A stretch of 63,830 bases of DNA, filler included, from Octopus bimaculoides (GCF_001194135.2; 5 parts of 5 records of this genome joined end to end with filler, not necessarily neighbours in it), one strand, 5' to 3'; positions 51,401-63,830 are shown, counted from the whole stretch's first letter. Notes: generated from the letters alone by a model not told the origin. Numbers and translations are program-made.

Positions 51401-51667
51401 CTAGGCGGCCAATCTAACATTCCACCCGAACGGAAAATACCAGTCCGTCGCAGAAAACTGAACTGATTCAACTTGAGAGGAATTGTTTTGCACAAGAGTA
51501 CAACGCACTGCCGGTCTAGCAATCGAAACCATGACCTTGCGACCATGAGTGTCACAACGTCTTTACTTAACCACTCCTTCTTCCTTCCTTTTTTGTCTCT
51601 GTTCAATGTATAAGGATTTCATAATTTCAGAATCTGTATTTATTTACTTTAATATTCTATAGTTTCA

Positions 51668-51880
51668 AAACGGCGAGCTAGACACGAATCGTTAGCACGC
51701 CAAGCAAAGTGCTTAACGGTATTTCGCCCGTCTTTACGTACTGAGTTCAAATTCCATCGAGGTCGATATTTGCCTTTCATCCTTTCGGGATCGTTATAAT
51801 TAAGTACCAGTGGCACATTGGAGTCGATGTTATCGACTTATCCGCTTCTCCCGAAATTGCTGGCTGAGTGCCAAAATTTT
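51668..51880 (+). mobile_element. SINE family 1
   Basis: GGCGAGCTAG..GAGTTCAAATTCC..GTCGATGTTATCGACT. Confidence 0.8.
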
Positions 51881-52199
51881 AATTCAATAATCCGCAGTCT
51901 CTGTCGCACACTAATAAAAATACGCAAGAAAATACTAAGGGACGTAATTAGCAAACCAGAGTTATTCCCCTTGTTATTTATTTATTTTTTTTCTGACACT
52001 CAGCTCAAAATTACTTTGTTTTTTAATTTGGTTCGTAATATTCTTGATGCGAATTTGTGTTGAAACTAAACTTATCTTGGGAGGGTCATTACGCCAATAA
52101 TGATAAACACATGCACTTTTATTATTGGCGTAACGACTCTCCCATGGCACAGCAAGATCTCAAGTTGGAGGAAAAAATCAGGAAACATGTAGGAATGTA

Positions 52200-52560
52200 T
52201 GTCATTATTCAGTTTTCTTGCCAATAGGGAAAGATTCGGTTTCTAACCTAGACCAAAGACTCCTTCATTGGAATTTCAACATCAACAATAAGGTATATTT
52301 GTATGTGTGACGTATGTATACATGTAAATTTGTACGTTTTGTTTTATGTATATATTCTCTTGCATATATTTGCACACCTAGATATGCTCATATATACTTA
52401 ACTGATAAACTTCTGGTAAGTTTTATAGATTTTTACAGTTCCAGTGATGGATTGGATCTGTAGTCTTCGAATCAGCTTTCTCCTTTCTGGTTTTGAGAAG
52501 CCTAATTTCTCAAGACTGTTATTTAGTGTGTTATATTCCCCAGTTCCCCAATAATTACGG
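52200..52560 (+). repeat. Second copy of the 9015-9385 repeat
   Basis: GTCATTATTCAGTTTT..TTGGAATTTCAAC..CCCCAATAATTAC. Confidence 0.85.
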
Positions 52561-54549
52561 GTATGTATGTATGTATGTCCTGGTTATAACTTTAAACTGC
52601 ATCAGATGGTAGGGTCCTGCTATGAGAGTTTCCAAGGTTTTGAGGAATGTGGAGCCATTCCTTAGCCATTAGCCATATTGCCTGCAGCAATTCTGTCAGC
52701 TTGCTACCTCAGGATCAGCATCTAATGACGTTGACACGATTAGCTGCTTGGATAATGAAGGATGGCACCAACAAAAAAAAATTTTTAATAATAGATATAT
52801 AAATAAATGAAAATTATAGAAATAAAAAAAAAAATATAAAGATAAATTAAAGTTTACTTTATTTTTCTTTCAGTGGATCTCTTGTACCAAATTTTAAGTC
52901 AACAAACGTATAAAATTTGTATTATAGTCAATAAAAAAAAATAAAATAAAATTAACAATTGTTTAAATAATTCAAAGGTATTTTAAATATATTTAAGTGT
53001 GTGTGTGTATTGGAAAAAAAAATATGATAAACACAAGATAAAATTTTATACCATTTGTTCCATAAGCACATTTCACTATTGTGGCCACTTGCATTTTCTG
53101 CAGTGGGTGCTCATAGCGCCAATCCACAACAGTTCTTCAGGGGAACACTTTATTGTGTATGTATGTATATATATATATACACACACACACACACATGCTA
53201 TTATTGAGCATTAGTGGATAAACTTTCTTTATTTGTGTGTTAACCAGGCTAGCAACGGTTTCATTTAAAGAGGAATTTCTTAGCAGTTATCAAGCCTGCC
53301 ACATGGAAATGCTGGTACTTATCTCCATTTTGTATTTTCATCCAAATCTGAGACGAGTACCAACATTCCCGAGTAGCAGGCTAGAAAAGTGTTGATTCTC
53401 CCCAACATGAAACCATTGGTAGCCTTATTATTCCCACAAATAAAGCATAAACACACANNNNNNNNNNNNNNNNNNNNNNNNNNNNNNNNNNNNNNNNNNN
53501 NNNNNNNNNNNNNNNNNNNNNNNNNNNNNNNNNNNNNNNNNNNNNNNNNNNNNNNNNNNNNNNNNNNNNNNNNNNNNNNNNNNNNNNNNNNNNNNNNNNN
53601 NNNNNNNNNNNNNNNNNNNNNNNNNNNNNNNNNNNNNNNNNNNNNNNNNNNNNNNNNNNNNNNNNNNNNNNNNNNNNNNNNNNNNNNNNNNNNNNNNNNN
53701 NNNNNNNNNNNNNNNNNNNNNNNNNNNNNNNNNNNNNNNNNNNNNNNNNNNNNNNNNNNNNNNNNNNNNNNNNNNNNNNNNNNNNNNNNNNNNNNNNNNN
53801 NNNNNNNNNNNNNNNNNNNNNNNNNNNNNNNNNNNNNNNNNNNNNNNNNNNNNNNNNNNNNNNNNNNNNNNNNNNNNNNNNNNNNNNNNNNNNNNNNNNN
53901 NNNNNNNNNNNNNNNNNNNNNNNNNNNNNNNNNNNNNNNNNNNNNNNNNNNNNNNNNNNNNNNNNNNNNNNNNNNNNNNNNNNNNNNNNNNNNNNNNNNN
54001 NNNNNNNNNNNNNNNNNNNNNNNNNNNNNNNNNNNNNNNNNNNNNNNNNNNNNNNNNNNNNNNNNNNNNNNNNNNNNNNNNNNNNNNNNNNNNNNNNNNN
54101 NNNNNNNNNNNNNNNNNNNNNNNNNNNNNNNNNNNNNNNNNNNNNNNNNNNNNNNNNNNNNNNNNNNNNNNNNNNNNNNNNNNNNNNNNNNNNNNNNNNN
54201 NNNNNNNNNNNNNNNNNNNNNNNNNNNNNNNNNNNNNNNNNNNNNNNNNNNNNNNNNNNNNNNNNNNNNNNNNNNNNNNNNNNNNNNNNNNNNNNNNNNN
54301 NNNNNNNNNNNNNNNNNNNNNNNNNNNNNNNNNNNNNNNNNNNNNNNNNNNNNNNNNNNNNNNNNNNNNNNNNNNNNNNNNNNNNNNNNNNNNNNGTGGG
54401 TGCTCATAGCGCCAATCCACAACAGTTCTTCAGGGGAACACTTTATTCTGTATGTATGTATATATATATATATATTAATACTAATGGTATGACAACAAAA
54501 GAATGAATGAGACCTCGATATTATGTAAATAGAGGAATTAATCTGTATA

Positions 54550-54765
54550 TATAATATGTGACAATTATTTGGTTGCCACAATAAAACTCTGAGTTTCGGA
54601 TGTTGGGACGGAAATCTGCTCTGTTATCTCGTCAGCTATTGAGACAATCAAAAAATGAATTTTTTGATTGTCTTAATAACTGACAAGATGACGGAACAGA
54701 TTTCTGCCCTGACATCCAAAACTTGGAATTCTATTATGGCAACCGAATAATTGTCACATATTATA
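54550..54765. repeat. Foldback (~105-bp arms) with hammerhead-like motifs; extended left flank homologous to 28215-28370
   Basis: ATATGTGACAATTATTTGGTTGCCA..GACAATCAAAAA / TTTTTGATTGTC..TGGCAACCGAATAATTGTCACATAT. Confidence 0.85.
54579..54641 (-). ncRNA. Type I hammerhead-like motif, same family as 28311
   Basis: CAAUAG-CUGACGA-GAU..AUCC-GAAA-CUCAGAG-UU-UUAUUG. Confidence 0.5.
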
Positions 54766-56059
54766 TTACATACATATATATATATATATATAGCCAGTAG
54801 GATGTAGATGCTTTCTGTGCTAACTTCATGAAACCATGGCATAGTTTTAAAACAAGCACACATCTTTCACATTGTGTGTGTGTGTGTGTGTTTATATATG
54901 TATGTATATGTATGTTTGTAATATACACTTACAGGACTAAATAAAAGAGGGAGAACAGTTTCAGAATAAATCTCAACCAAATTTGTTTTCATGTTAAGAA
55001 TTTTATTACAATTAAAAAGGATTGTCAATATTATTATTATCATTATTATTAAGACTTTTTTTTTACACAAAAAAGCGAGAAAAAAAAAACAATCTTAGCA
55101 AGTCAATATTTCTAAACTCAAATGATGTTAAGGAGGATAGTGGTGGAGGTAACAATGTTGGTGGTGGTGTTGGTGGCTCAGTGTCCCTTATTCCATTTAT
55201 AAATTTTTGTCAACAACAGATAAACCAATGCTAGTGTACTTTATATTTTCCTTAATTTATCATTTTTTATTATTATTAATGTAGAGAAATGGTACATTTT
55301 AGAATTATTAAAAGCCTCTATGAATCGTTAAGTACCAGTGATGTACTGGAGATTGATGTAACCAATTGTATTATCTCTATATTAGTACAAGGCCAGAAAT
55401 ATGCAAAGATGTTTGGAGTTTCTAGAGCACTGATGAGTCAGGATTCCAGAAACGGCCTGTCACTTAATGAAATCTGAACATTAGAAATAACTATGTTCAT
55501 AAGCTACTTGTATTGCTGTCTGTCAACTCATACAGAACTGACAGAGGTAGTATCATCATCGCTGTTGTATCATTGAAGACTTGGTCTTTGGATTGCCTTG
55601 TGCCAAAGTTTCGTCAGTAACATATTAAATACCTTGCAAGACTTTTTTTTTTTTTTAAAGTTAAATGGAAGGGACATACCTAACCTGTGGTTATGGGAGG
55701 ATAGAAAAACTGCTTGAATGAGGAGGTAGGTTACAGACAGCCTGTTACACCAGAAGATTCAGGTTCAAGCTCTATTTAGTTGTAGAAGGTACATTTTTAT
55801 CTAAAAAGAATATTATCAAGCTGGTGAAATAACTGATTACCTAAATTTTTCACAAATCTATGTTTGATATAGTCACATTTAAACCCAACAATGGAACTTC
55901 AATTCCATTAGTATGTTTTATAATATTGAACAAGCAAGCCCTCTGCACTTTCAAAGAAAGGGAGAGGACTTGCCTGGGGTAGAGGGGAAATTCTCAAAAT
56001 TGAGATTTAAATAAACAATGAAATTTTGATTGAAATAATAACAATCATTTACAACTGAA

Positions 56060-56225
56060 AGCATAAGGCCTGAAATTTGATGGGAGGGGACTAGTCGATT
56101 ACATCGATCCCCAGTGTTTCACTGGTACTTAATTTATCGATCCCGAAAGGATGAAAGGCAAAGTTGGCCTTGGCAGAATTTGAACTCAGAATGTAGCAAT
56201 GGGTCAAATACCGCTGAGCATTTCA
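56060..56225 (-). mobile_element. SINE family 1
   Basis: Homologous to the 6172 copy. Confidence 0.8.
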
Positions 56226-56759
56226 CCCGATTGCACCGAGAAAGTTCCCCTTCCAGGCACAAGTCTGAGCAAGGTTTTTTTTTATAGAGATCTATTTATG
56301 TAGAACCTATTGAGTTTTTAGGTCTCCCCAACTCCTCCTTTAACACTTGGTCATTTCTCTCTCTACTTTCTCCACCTACAGTCAAATAAGGAGTGGATAA
56401 GTAGGTAAAACCTCAGCCAGCTGTGTCGACAACTAAACATCAATTCTAGGCTTACCAATCTTTAGTAAACTGCCATTGCTATTGTCCATGTTTCACTTCA
56501 AACTCCATCATTGCAAATCTGAAATGTTGGTTACTGATGCTGAGTGACTTGGTATGGCTCCGTCTTCTCTCAGCCAAAGACTCACTGGTTCAGTCTCTTG
56601 ACACTATTCAGTCTCTTGACATAGCTCTGTTCTCTCTCAGCCAAAGATTCACTGGTNNNNNNNNNNNNNNNNNNNNNNNNNNNNNNNNNNNNNNNNNNNN
56701 NNNNNNNNNNNNNNNNNNNNNNNNNNNNNNNNNNNNNNNNNNNNNNNNNNNNNNNNCAC

Positions 56760-56920
56760 ACACACACAATGGGCTTCTTTTAGTTTCTGTCAACCAAATT
56801 CACTCACAAGACTTTGGTTGGACTGAGGCTATAGAAGACACTCACCCAAGGTGCCACACAATGGGACTGAACCCAGAACCATGTGGTTGGGAAGCAAACT
56901 TCTAACCACACAACCATACC
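56760..56920 (-). mobile_element. SINE family 2, 5' half
   Basis: CCCAAGGTGCCACAC..GAACCATGTGGTTGG..ACCACAC. Confidence 0.8.
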
Positions 56921-58249
56921 ATGTGTGTACATGATGTTCATATATGTGTTTAGACATCACAAATAGTTCAAATTCCTACTTTAATGTTTTTTTTTTATAG
57001 TTAGTCTCTACAATACTAGTCTCTTTACACTTCCATGATAAACACACACACACATATTGAACACGTGGTTGTGTACAAAAATAATAACCACTGTGTGTGA
57101 TCAAAACAGATCAATATTAATAGGAAACAATGTACAAATATGAAAGAAAACTATTTGATAGACGTAAATACGATGAGGAAGGAACAAGAGTCGGTAAAAA
57201 CAAAATGTAGATTGATTAAATATATGCTAAAATCAATAAAAGCATTGATTTGATTGAGTCAAACATAAAAGGAGGAGCAGCAAAAACATGTTGTTGTTGG
57301 ATTCTTCAAATTTAATAACTTGATGTAATTCCAAAGAAGAACAAGAACAACAACATCGAAATCATAATAGCATTTCAATGCAAAAATCAAATATCTTTGA
57401 GATAATACAAAGCAAAAATATTGACACTGGGGGGAGATATTTCAAGAACTTGGCATATGTTTGTGAAATAACAGAAAGAAAATTTTGATTGAAATTATTA
57501 AGAAAAATAAAAAAAATAAAGTGCCAAAATGTCGTAAAGAGATTTTGGAGGAAAGGATAAAAAAAAAAAAAAAGGAAACAAAATATTGATTTTTTTTGTG
57601 AGTGACTTTTCTTTTTCTGTTAAAGAATCTCGGAACTCTTGTTTGATAAATACTTGTTAGAAATCTGCTGCTTCTTAGCACTTTTCTGATATCAAACACA
57701 AAGCCAAGAGCATCAGTTCAGCCGAGAAGAATTGGGCAAGTGTCAGGGGTTATTTCATCTTTAACAGTTATTCTCATAATGCTTCTTCTTAATAATGTTG
57801 TCCACCAGTGTTTCAATCATCAGAAACTTGTCTTAATTATTTAGATTAGTGGCATCAGAGCACACACTTCCAAGAGAAGAGTACAGCTGTTAAAATAAAG
57901 CCTCAGTGCATGCCGTATTACAATTGGGTTTTATTGATTCCCAAGATGGATGTAAAACTGATTACAGCAAGATTCTAAATTGGAGAATGAAAACATCATA
58001 ACTGAATGCTCTAGCTTAGTCTTCCACCATTTATTCAAAGTCTCCATGCTGACATAATGCTCTCACCACCATCACCATAATTCAATGTCCATGCTGGCAT
58101 GGGTTGGACAGTTTGACAGGAGCAGCCAGCTAGAGAGTGGCACCAGTCTCCAATGGTCTGCTTTGGTATGGTTTCTACAGCTGGGTGTCTTTCCTAATAC
58201 CAACCATTTTACAGAGTGTACTGGATGCTTTATACATGGCACCATAATA

Positions 58250-58608
58250 ATTCTTTCTAATTTTGGAACAAAGTCAGAAGTTTTACCAGAGTGTGTGTGT
58301 GTGTGTGGGGGGGAAGTTGATTACATTAACCCCCAACACCTGATTGGTACTTTATTTTTATTGATCCGAAAAGGATGAAAGGTAAAAAACTGACCTTGGC
58401 AGAATGTGAACTCAGAACAAAATTAGTCAGAAGAAATGCTGATAAACATATAGGCACAGGAGTGGCTGTGTGGTAAGTAGCTTGCTTACCAACCACATGG
58501 TTCAGTCCCACTGTGTGACACCTTGGGCAAGTGTCTTCTACTATAGCCTCAGGCCGACCAAAGCCTTGTGAGTGGATTTGGTAGACATAAACTGAAAGAA
58601 GCCCATCG

Positions 58609-58668
<60 letters not shown>

Positions 58669-58990
58669 GGATTTGAACTCAGAATATGAAGCCAGATGAA
58701 ATATCACTAAGAATTTTGTCTGGCATGCTAAGGATTCTACCAGCTTGCCAACTTAACAGAAATGAAAATAATGATTTCAAATTTTGGCACCTGGCCATTT
58801 ATTTCAGGGGATTGGGTCAGTCAAATACATCGACCCCCAGAGTTCAATAGGTACTTATTTTATCGACCCTGAAACGATGAAAGTCAGAGGCAATTACAGA
58901 GGAATTTGAACTTGGAATGTGAAACCTTTATGAAATGCTGCTAAGAATTTTGTCTGGCATGCTAAGGATTCCGTCAGCTCACCACCTTAA
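58250..58990 (-). mobile_element. Cluster of decayed family 1 SINEs (58250-58440, 58670-58990) around a plus-strand family 2 SINE (58452-58610)
   Basis: Repeated family motifs. Confidence 0.75.
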
Positions 58991-59087
58991 TAACAAGAGC
59001 TTCTGATAGGCATAAAGCCAACAGTTTTGAAGGGAGTGGGTGTCAGATGATTATGCACGTACACACACACATACACACACATATTAC

Positions 59088-59200
59088 GAGTTCAGTCCCA
59101 CTGTGTGGCACCTTGGGCAAGTGTCTTCTACTATAGCCTCGGGCCGACCAAAGCTTTCTGAGTGGATTTGGTAGACGGAAACTGAAAGAAACCTGTTGTA
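59088..59200 (+). mobile_element. SINE family 2 fragment
   Basis: GTTCAGTCCCACTGTGTGGCACCTTGGGCAAGTG..GGAAACTGAAAGAAACC. Confidence 0.8.
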
Positions 59201-59323
59201 TATATATATATATATATATATATNNNNNNNNNNNNNNNNNNNNNNNNNNNNNNNNNNNNNNNNNNNNTTAATTAATTAANNNNNNNNNNNNNNNNNNNNN
59301 NNNNNNNNNNNNNNNNNNNNNNN

Positions 59324-59414
59324 CACATACTTTAAGAAATTATTATTTCTTATATTTAATTGTTTATGTTATGATTTTAGTTACTCCGTGTACCCAGACT
59401 TTGTGGACACCCTG
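59324..59414. mobile_element. Second, gap-truncated copy of the 118-bp mariner-type MITE, opposite orientation to the 8087 copy
   Basis: CACATACTTTAAGAAATTATTATTTC..GTGTACCCAGACTTTGTGGACACCCTG-TA matches the reverse complement of the 8087 copy. Confidence 0.8.
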
Positions 59415-59544
59415 TATATGCAGAACGAATGAAGGAAAGGCTAACTATAAGTCTGAAAAGAAGTATGGATGTTTAGGACAAACTTATGTAAATGCTTTGG
59501 TCAGGCAAAGGATTAATAATCCTGTTGTTGGAGTGTGACAAACG

Positions 59545-59885
59545 TGTATTCTAGTTTAAACTAGCACTCCGTCGGTTACGACGACGAGTTTTCCAGTTGA
59601 TCCGATCAACGGAACAGCCTGCTCATGAAATTAACGTGCAAATTGCTAAGCACTCCACAAACACGCGTACCCTTAACGTAGTTCTCAGGGGAAGTCAGCG
59701 GGGCACAGAATGTGACAAGGCTGGCCCTTTGAAATACAGGTATTACTCGTTTTTGCCAGCTGAGTGGACTGGAGCAACGTGAAATAAAGTGTCTTGCTCA
59801 AGGACACAACGCGTCATCGGGATTCAAACTCACGACCTTGCGATAGTGAACCGAATACCCACTAACCAGTAAGCTACACAACTTC
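59545..59885 (-). mobile_element. Third SINE family (tRNA-like head plus long central domain)
   Basis: Minus-strand head GGTCGTGAGTTTGAATCCCG followed by GTTGTGTCCTTGAGCAAGACAC; related head fragments at ~51430-51560 and ~50700-50820. Confidence 0.65.
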
Positions 59886-61178
59886 ACATTTTAGTTCTAG
59901 GCGGGGCTTATAGCCAGTTTGTTTTGCTTTGCTTTTTAGGGAATCATCTTTTGTTTTTTTAATTAATGTCCATCTCGTGTCCCCTAAAAATCTGCGGCAT
60001 TCTACAGCTGACATGCGCGCCGCAAGCTTACCCTCAGTGGACTAAATCATATAAAAAGCCTGGTAAAGGTTATCTATTTCCAAACCAATCAGCCAACTAA
60101 GACCAGTAATCGGTGTCAGTAATGGAAGAGTGAATAGTGTTTCACTAGAAATTGAACATAAATTACAAGTTTACTTTACCCGAATCTTAAATACAATCTA
60201 TCTTGCTAATTTTATAAGTTCGGCTCGCTAAGTTTATTCCGAAATATCCAAGAGCATTCGTATTTTGCACACCGTTTATTTTAACAGCTAGAGGCTCGTT
60301 TACATTGTTTGTTTGTTTGTTTGTTTCAATCTAGCATCAAAATTATATACGTATGTTAGTATTGGGTTGTTAAATAAATTCGTTTTCTTTTTTTCTTTTT
60401 TTTTTTTCCTTCTTCTTGGTATTCCATTTTCATATGTCTGAAAAGGGGCAAAATTTATACAAATTGCAAAAACAATAAACAAAACTTTTAGAAGAAAAAT
60501 AGTGCTAAAAAAATAAAAAATATCAATGGAAAAGATTAAAATAAAAATCGGGAAAGAACGAACAAATTTATCTGATAACTCAATATTATGATGTACTGAA
60601 AATATATTCAGGAGACTATATTTCTCCTAACATAGATGATTTTAATTCTTTTATATAGCCAAAACTAAAAGTAATTCGATGTCGCCCATTTCAATCACGA
60701 CACGATGTGGATTCCTGTCGACAAAGTAATTATAAACTTAATTACGTTTCCATTTTTCTTAGTTTTTTTTTCTTCTTTTATTTTCCGCTTCTTTTCTTGT
60801 TTTAGCATTCTCTGAATAAAATTTCTGTTGAATTCAAGACAGCTTGAGGGAGGGGCAATATAATTCCGTATAATGGCTTTGTTCATTATTCTTTATTTGA
60901 AAGAATGATTTAGATGGAATATATGAACCTATAAATACATATGCGTGTGCATACACACACACACATATACATATATATATGCNNNNNNNNNNNNNNNNNN
61001 NNNNNNNNNNNNNNNNNNNNNNNNNNNNNNNNNNNNNNNNNNNNNNNNNNNNNNNNNNNNNNNNNNNNNNNNNNNNNNNNNNNNNNNNNNNNNNNNNNNN
61101 NNNNNNNNNNNNNNNNNNNNNNNNNNNNNNNNNNNNNNNNNNNNNNNNNNNNNNNNNNNNNNNNNNNNNNNNNNNNNN

Positions 61179-61216
<38 letters not shown>

Positions 61217-61567
61217 ATTGCAGAATTTACAACAGGATAAAAATGTTTTTAAAGTACTCAATACTGGAATGAGAGTAGATAAAAGACAACGCTGAATAAA
61301 TTCGAGAATATATTTTCAGTGCAGTTTCTTCTTTCGAATCTTCTATTCAATTTCTGGTGATATCAAAAGTGAAAATATAGTTAATAATATTCTTAAATTT
61401 ATTCATCGTTTTCTTTTATTTTAGCAAACCGATAACCCCACCAAACTCGCTTGGTGAGGAGAGTGATGTATTGAACATCCTGAGGGACATGCAGTTCTAT
61501 ATTCAAGATGTACATTATTTGCATTATTTACAATTTACGGATATTTGTCCTCATCTTGTTTGTTGTT

Positions 61568-61613
61568 AACACAACGTTTCGGCTGATATACCCTTCAGCT
61601 TTCATCAGGTGTC
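61568..61613 (-). ncRNA. Minimal type I hammerhead ribozyme motif, as found in Penelope pseudo-LTRs (pLTRs), canonical core
   Basis: GACAC-CUGAUGA-A-AGCUGA(loop)UCAGCC-GAAA-CG-UU-GUGUU; helix I 5 bp, helix II 5 bp with an A.C mismatch at its base. Confidence 0.6.
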
Positions 61614-61699
61614 TTGGGGAAATTTCGAACCTGAGTTCTCATTCCTAAGGTATTTTTCGATGTTCTTGTTGTTGTTGTTATTATTATTATTATTATTAC

Positions 61700-62300
61700 T
61701 ATTATTATCATTATTATTATTATTACCCGCAGACCCAAGCTCTTGTCAACTTTTCCCCACAATATGTGGGGAGAAACACTATTTCTTTTTTCTCCGGGAG
61801 CTGGCTCACGAATCTTCGAGCCTCCTCAGAGGTGTCAAACAGCAACCACACCGTTGCATACTTGGCACCCCTGGAAACAAATTTTATGGTTGGCAGATAC
61901 TCTGCCAACTCTTTCTCTATCTCAATTTTTGGGAAGACGGCGATGGTGTCGAGCGACTTTCAATACGTACTCAACACCACTGTCCTCTTCTCCAAGTGTT
62001 TAATCCACTTGTTGTGTGGGATAATCTCCCACTCCAAGACAGTGTCACTTTTTTTTTTCCTCTGCCATGTTCTTCAGAAAATAGTTCAAAGACAAAAGCA
62101 GAAAGAAAGAAGAAGGAAGAAAGCAGTTCCAGAGAAACAGTTCTGAACACAGCAGACACAAATTTTCTGGCCACTCCAGGCCAACTGGTGACAACAGGAA
62201 CACAGAATTCAATCCTTTGGAGGCGGGATACGCCCCCAAAATAATGCACACAATCCTCCGGCCACCGGTACTCCAGGCCAACCCGTAGCAGTAGGAACAC
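61700..62300 (-). mobile_element. Non-LTR retrotransposon ORF1-like fragment
   Basis: Peptide IKFVSRGAKYATVWLLFDTSEEARRFVSQLPEKKEIVFLPTYCGEKLTRAWV resembles the RRM-like region of L1/Tx1-type ORF1 (recognised by eye only). Confidence 0.45.
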
Positions 62301-62303
62301 AGC

Positions 62304-62411
62304 AACAGTACTTCTTGATACACTAAACCTTTCGGCTGTTTTCGTTACGCTAACGCCTGCCATACGAGCACCAACAATGTGACATCTTTGAAAGTCCGAC
62401 AGATCTGTCAT
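62304..62411 (-). pseudogene. Tc1-like transposase N-terminal HTH fragment
   Basis: MTDLSDFQRCHIVGARMAGVSVTKTAERFSVSRSTV matches the typical Tc1 N-terminus (DLSDFERGQIVGARxAGASVTKTA). Confidence 0.85.
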
Positions 62412-62643
62412 TTTAATGAATTTTAATTACCTTTTTCTGATGATATCTGAAAAGAAACAGCAATTTTAGCAGAACATATTAAGCAACATTAATAATAAAT
62501 CAAAAACATAAAAATAAATAAGCTTTTAACGGTTTTATAGATANNNNNNNNNNNNNNNNNNNNNNNNNNNNNNNNNNNNNNNNNNNNTTAATTAATTAAN
62601 NNNNNNNNNNNNNNNNNNNNNNNNNNNNNNNNNNNNNNNNNNN

Positions 62644-62687
<44 letters not shown>

Positions 62688-62779
62688 TTTATATGTCTGT
62701 ATAAAAAGTTGTTCCTTCGTAGGCATATATACACACACTAATTAATCAATCACTCGTTAGAAACGCAACTTCGATAAGC

Positions 62780-63750
62780 GTTCCACACGTAAAACGGATG
62801 CGATAGACAGACATATCAATGAAAGATATTCGAATACCATCTAAAAAGGAATATTTGAAGGACTTAATTGAAAAACAACAGCGTTCACTCACAGACTTAG
62901 ATGGAAAACCTATTTCTATGATAAGAAGAAAGAAACACCAAACCATAACAATAGCGAGGAAACATCTCTAACCTAGAAAACGTTCACGGCAATGAAATGC
63001 CCACCACAAAATAATGATTTAACAGCTATCGAGGACGAATTATGAGCCATCGTTAAGTACATTTGATTCAGAAAATTTCCTTTAAGAGTATATGAACATT
63101 TAAAGACATTAAATTCTATCGCCAAGGACCTTAAGAGAAAAGACGGAATCCTAGATCATGCAGATAAAACTGGTAATCTCTATAATCTTAACATCTCCGA
63201 CTATCACAAATTAGTTAGAACCGAAATAACAAAAAAAAACTATAGGATAACAAACAGTAGAACATTACAAAAAGGCTAAGGAAGTAACGACTAGTTATTA
63301 GATTAAAGACAAAACAGAACCATTCGAACCTAGAAGACCTAGAATAAACTTAAAAGACCATAAGACTAATTTTAGCAGTAACCCTAACGTTAGATTAATA
63401 TGTCCATGTAAGTCCGACCTAGGAAAAAGAAGCAAAGTGATAATTGATATTAAAAGTATGGTCTAAGTCACTTGAGTATTAGATTGGTTTAATAAAATAG
63501 ACAACAAAAATAGTGAAATATTTAGCCAAATAGATATTGATAGCTACAATTCATGTATTAACCCTATACTTTTAAAAACAATTTAGATCTGAACATGAGC
63601 GAAATCAACGTAATATTAGCTGCTGGTAAATCTATTATTCAATTCGATAATAAATACTGGGTAAAGAAAGACACTAATGACAGCTTCGACATAACAATGG
63701 TATCTCTTGACTCAGCACAAGTTACAGATTTGGTGGGACATGCAGGAAGT
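62780..63750 (+). mobile_element. Decayed Penelope-like RT ORF (5' half)
   Basis: SMKDIRIPSKKEYLKDLIEK..HRLRWKTYF, ADKTGNLY, LKDHKTNFSSNPNVRLICPCKSDLGK, DWFNKI, FDITMVSLDSAQVTDLVG (compare FDVTMGSxDGAEVCELVG). Confidence 0.85.
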
Positions 63751-63830
63751 AAATAGACACCTTTAAGTTTCAAAATTTCTAATTATATATTTATATATTA
63801 TATATTGTGAAATTTAATTTAATTTTGATA

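Noticed and set aside
53103-54460. ~65-bp direct duplication on both sides of a gap (53103-53170 and 54396-54460)
   Set aside because: Cannot be distinguished from a collapsed tandem repeat or scaffold overlap across a ~940-N gap.
55424-55475. CTGATGA..GAAAC..GTC hammerhead-like string
   Set aside because: Helices I and II do not pair; a chance core match.
56566-56656. ~68-bp tandem duplication running into a gap
   Set aside because: Only about 1.3 units are visible; the array cannot be characterised.

Overview
Eukaryotic, AT-rich, repeat-saturated draft-assembly DNA with many N gaps next to microsatellites. The SINE families and microsatellite density are most consistent with an octopus (coleoid cephalopod) genome; this is inference, no database was consulted. 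Almost all ORFs in the supplied track are microsatellite or gap artefacts. Supportable content: (1) an intact tRNA-Arg(TCG) gene; (2) two well-bounded, phase-compatible minus-strand exons of a single-pass membrane protein gene, so much of the window may be intronic; (3) a decayed CsRn1-type Ty3/Gypsy element, two decayed Penelope-like elements, RTE, CR1-like and ORF1 LINE fragments, a Tc1 transposase fragment, mariner-type MITEs and about 25 SINE copies. The most unusual features are a 504-bp Merlin-type MITE with an 8-bp target-site duplication (TSD) whose centre is a 62-bp palindrome around telomeric repeats, and several families of minimal hammerhead-ribozyme motifs. Some of these motifs have non-canonical cores shared between copies, and several sit in the arms of long foldbacks with the motifs reading outward. 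No CRISPR array or prokaryotic system is present.
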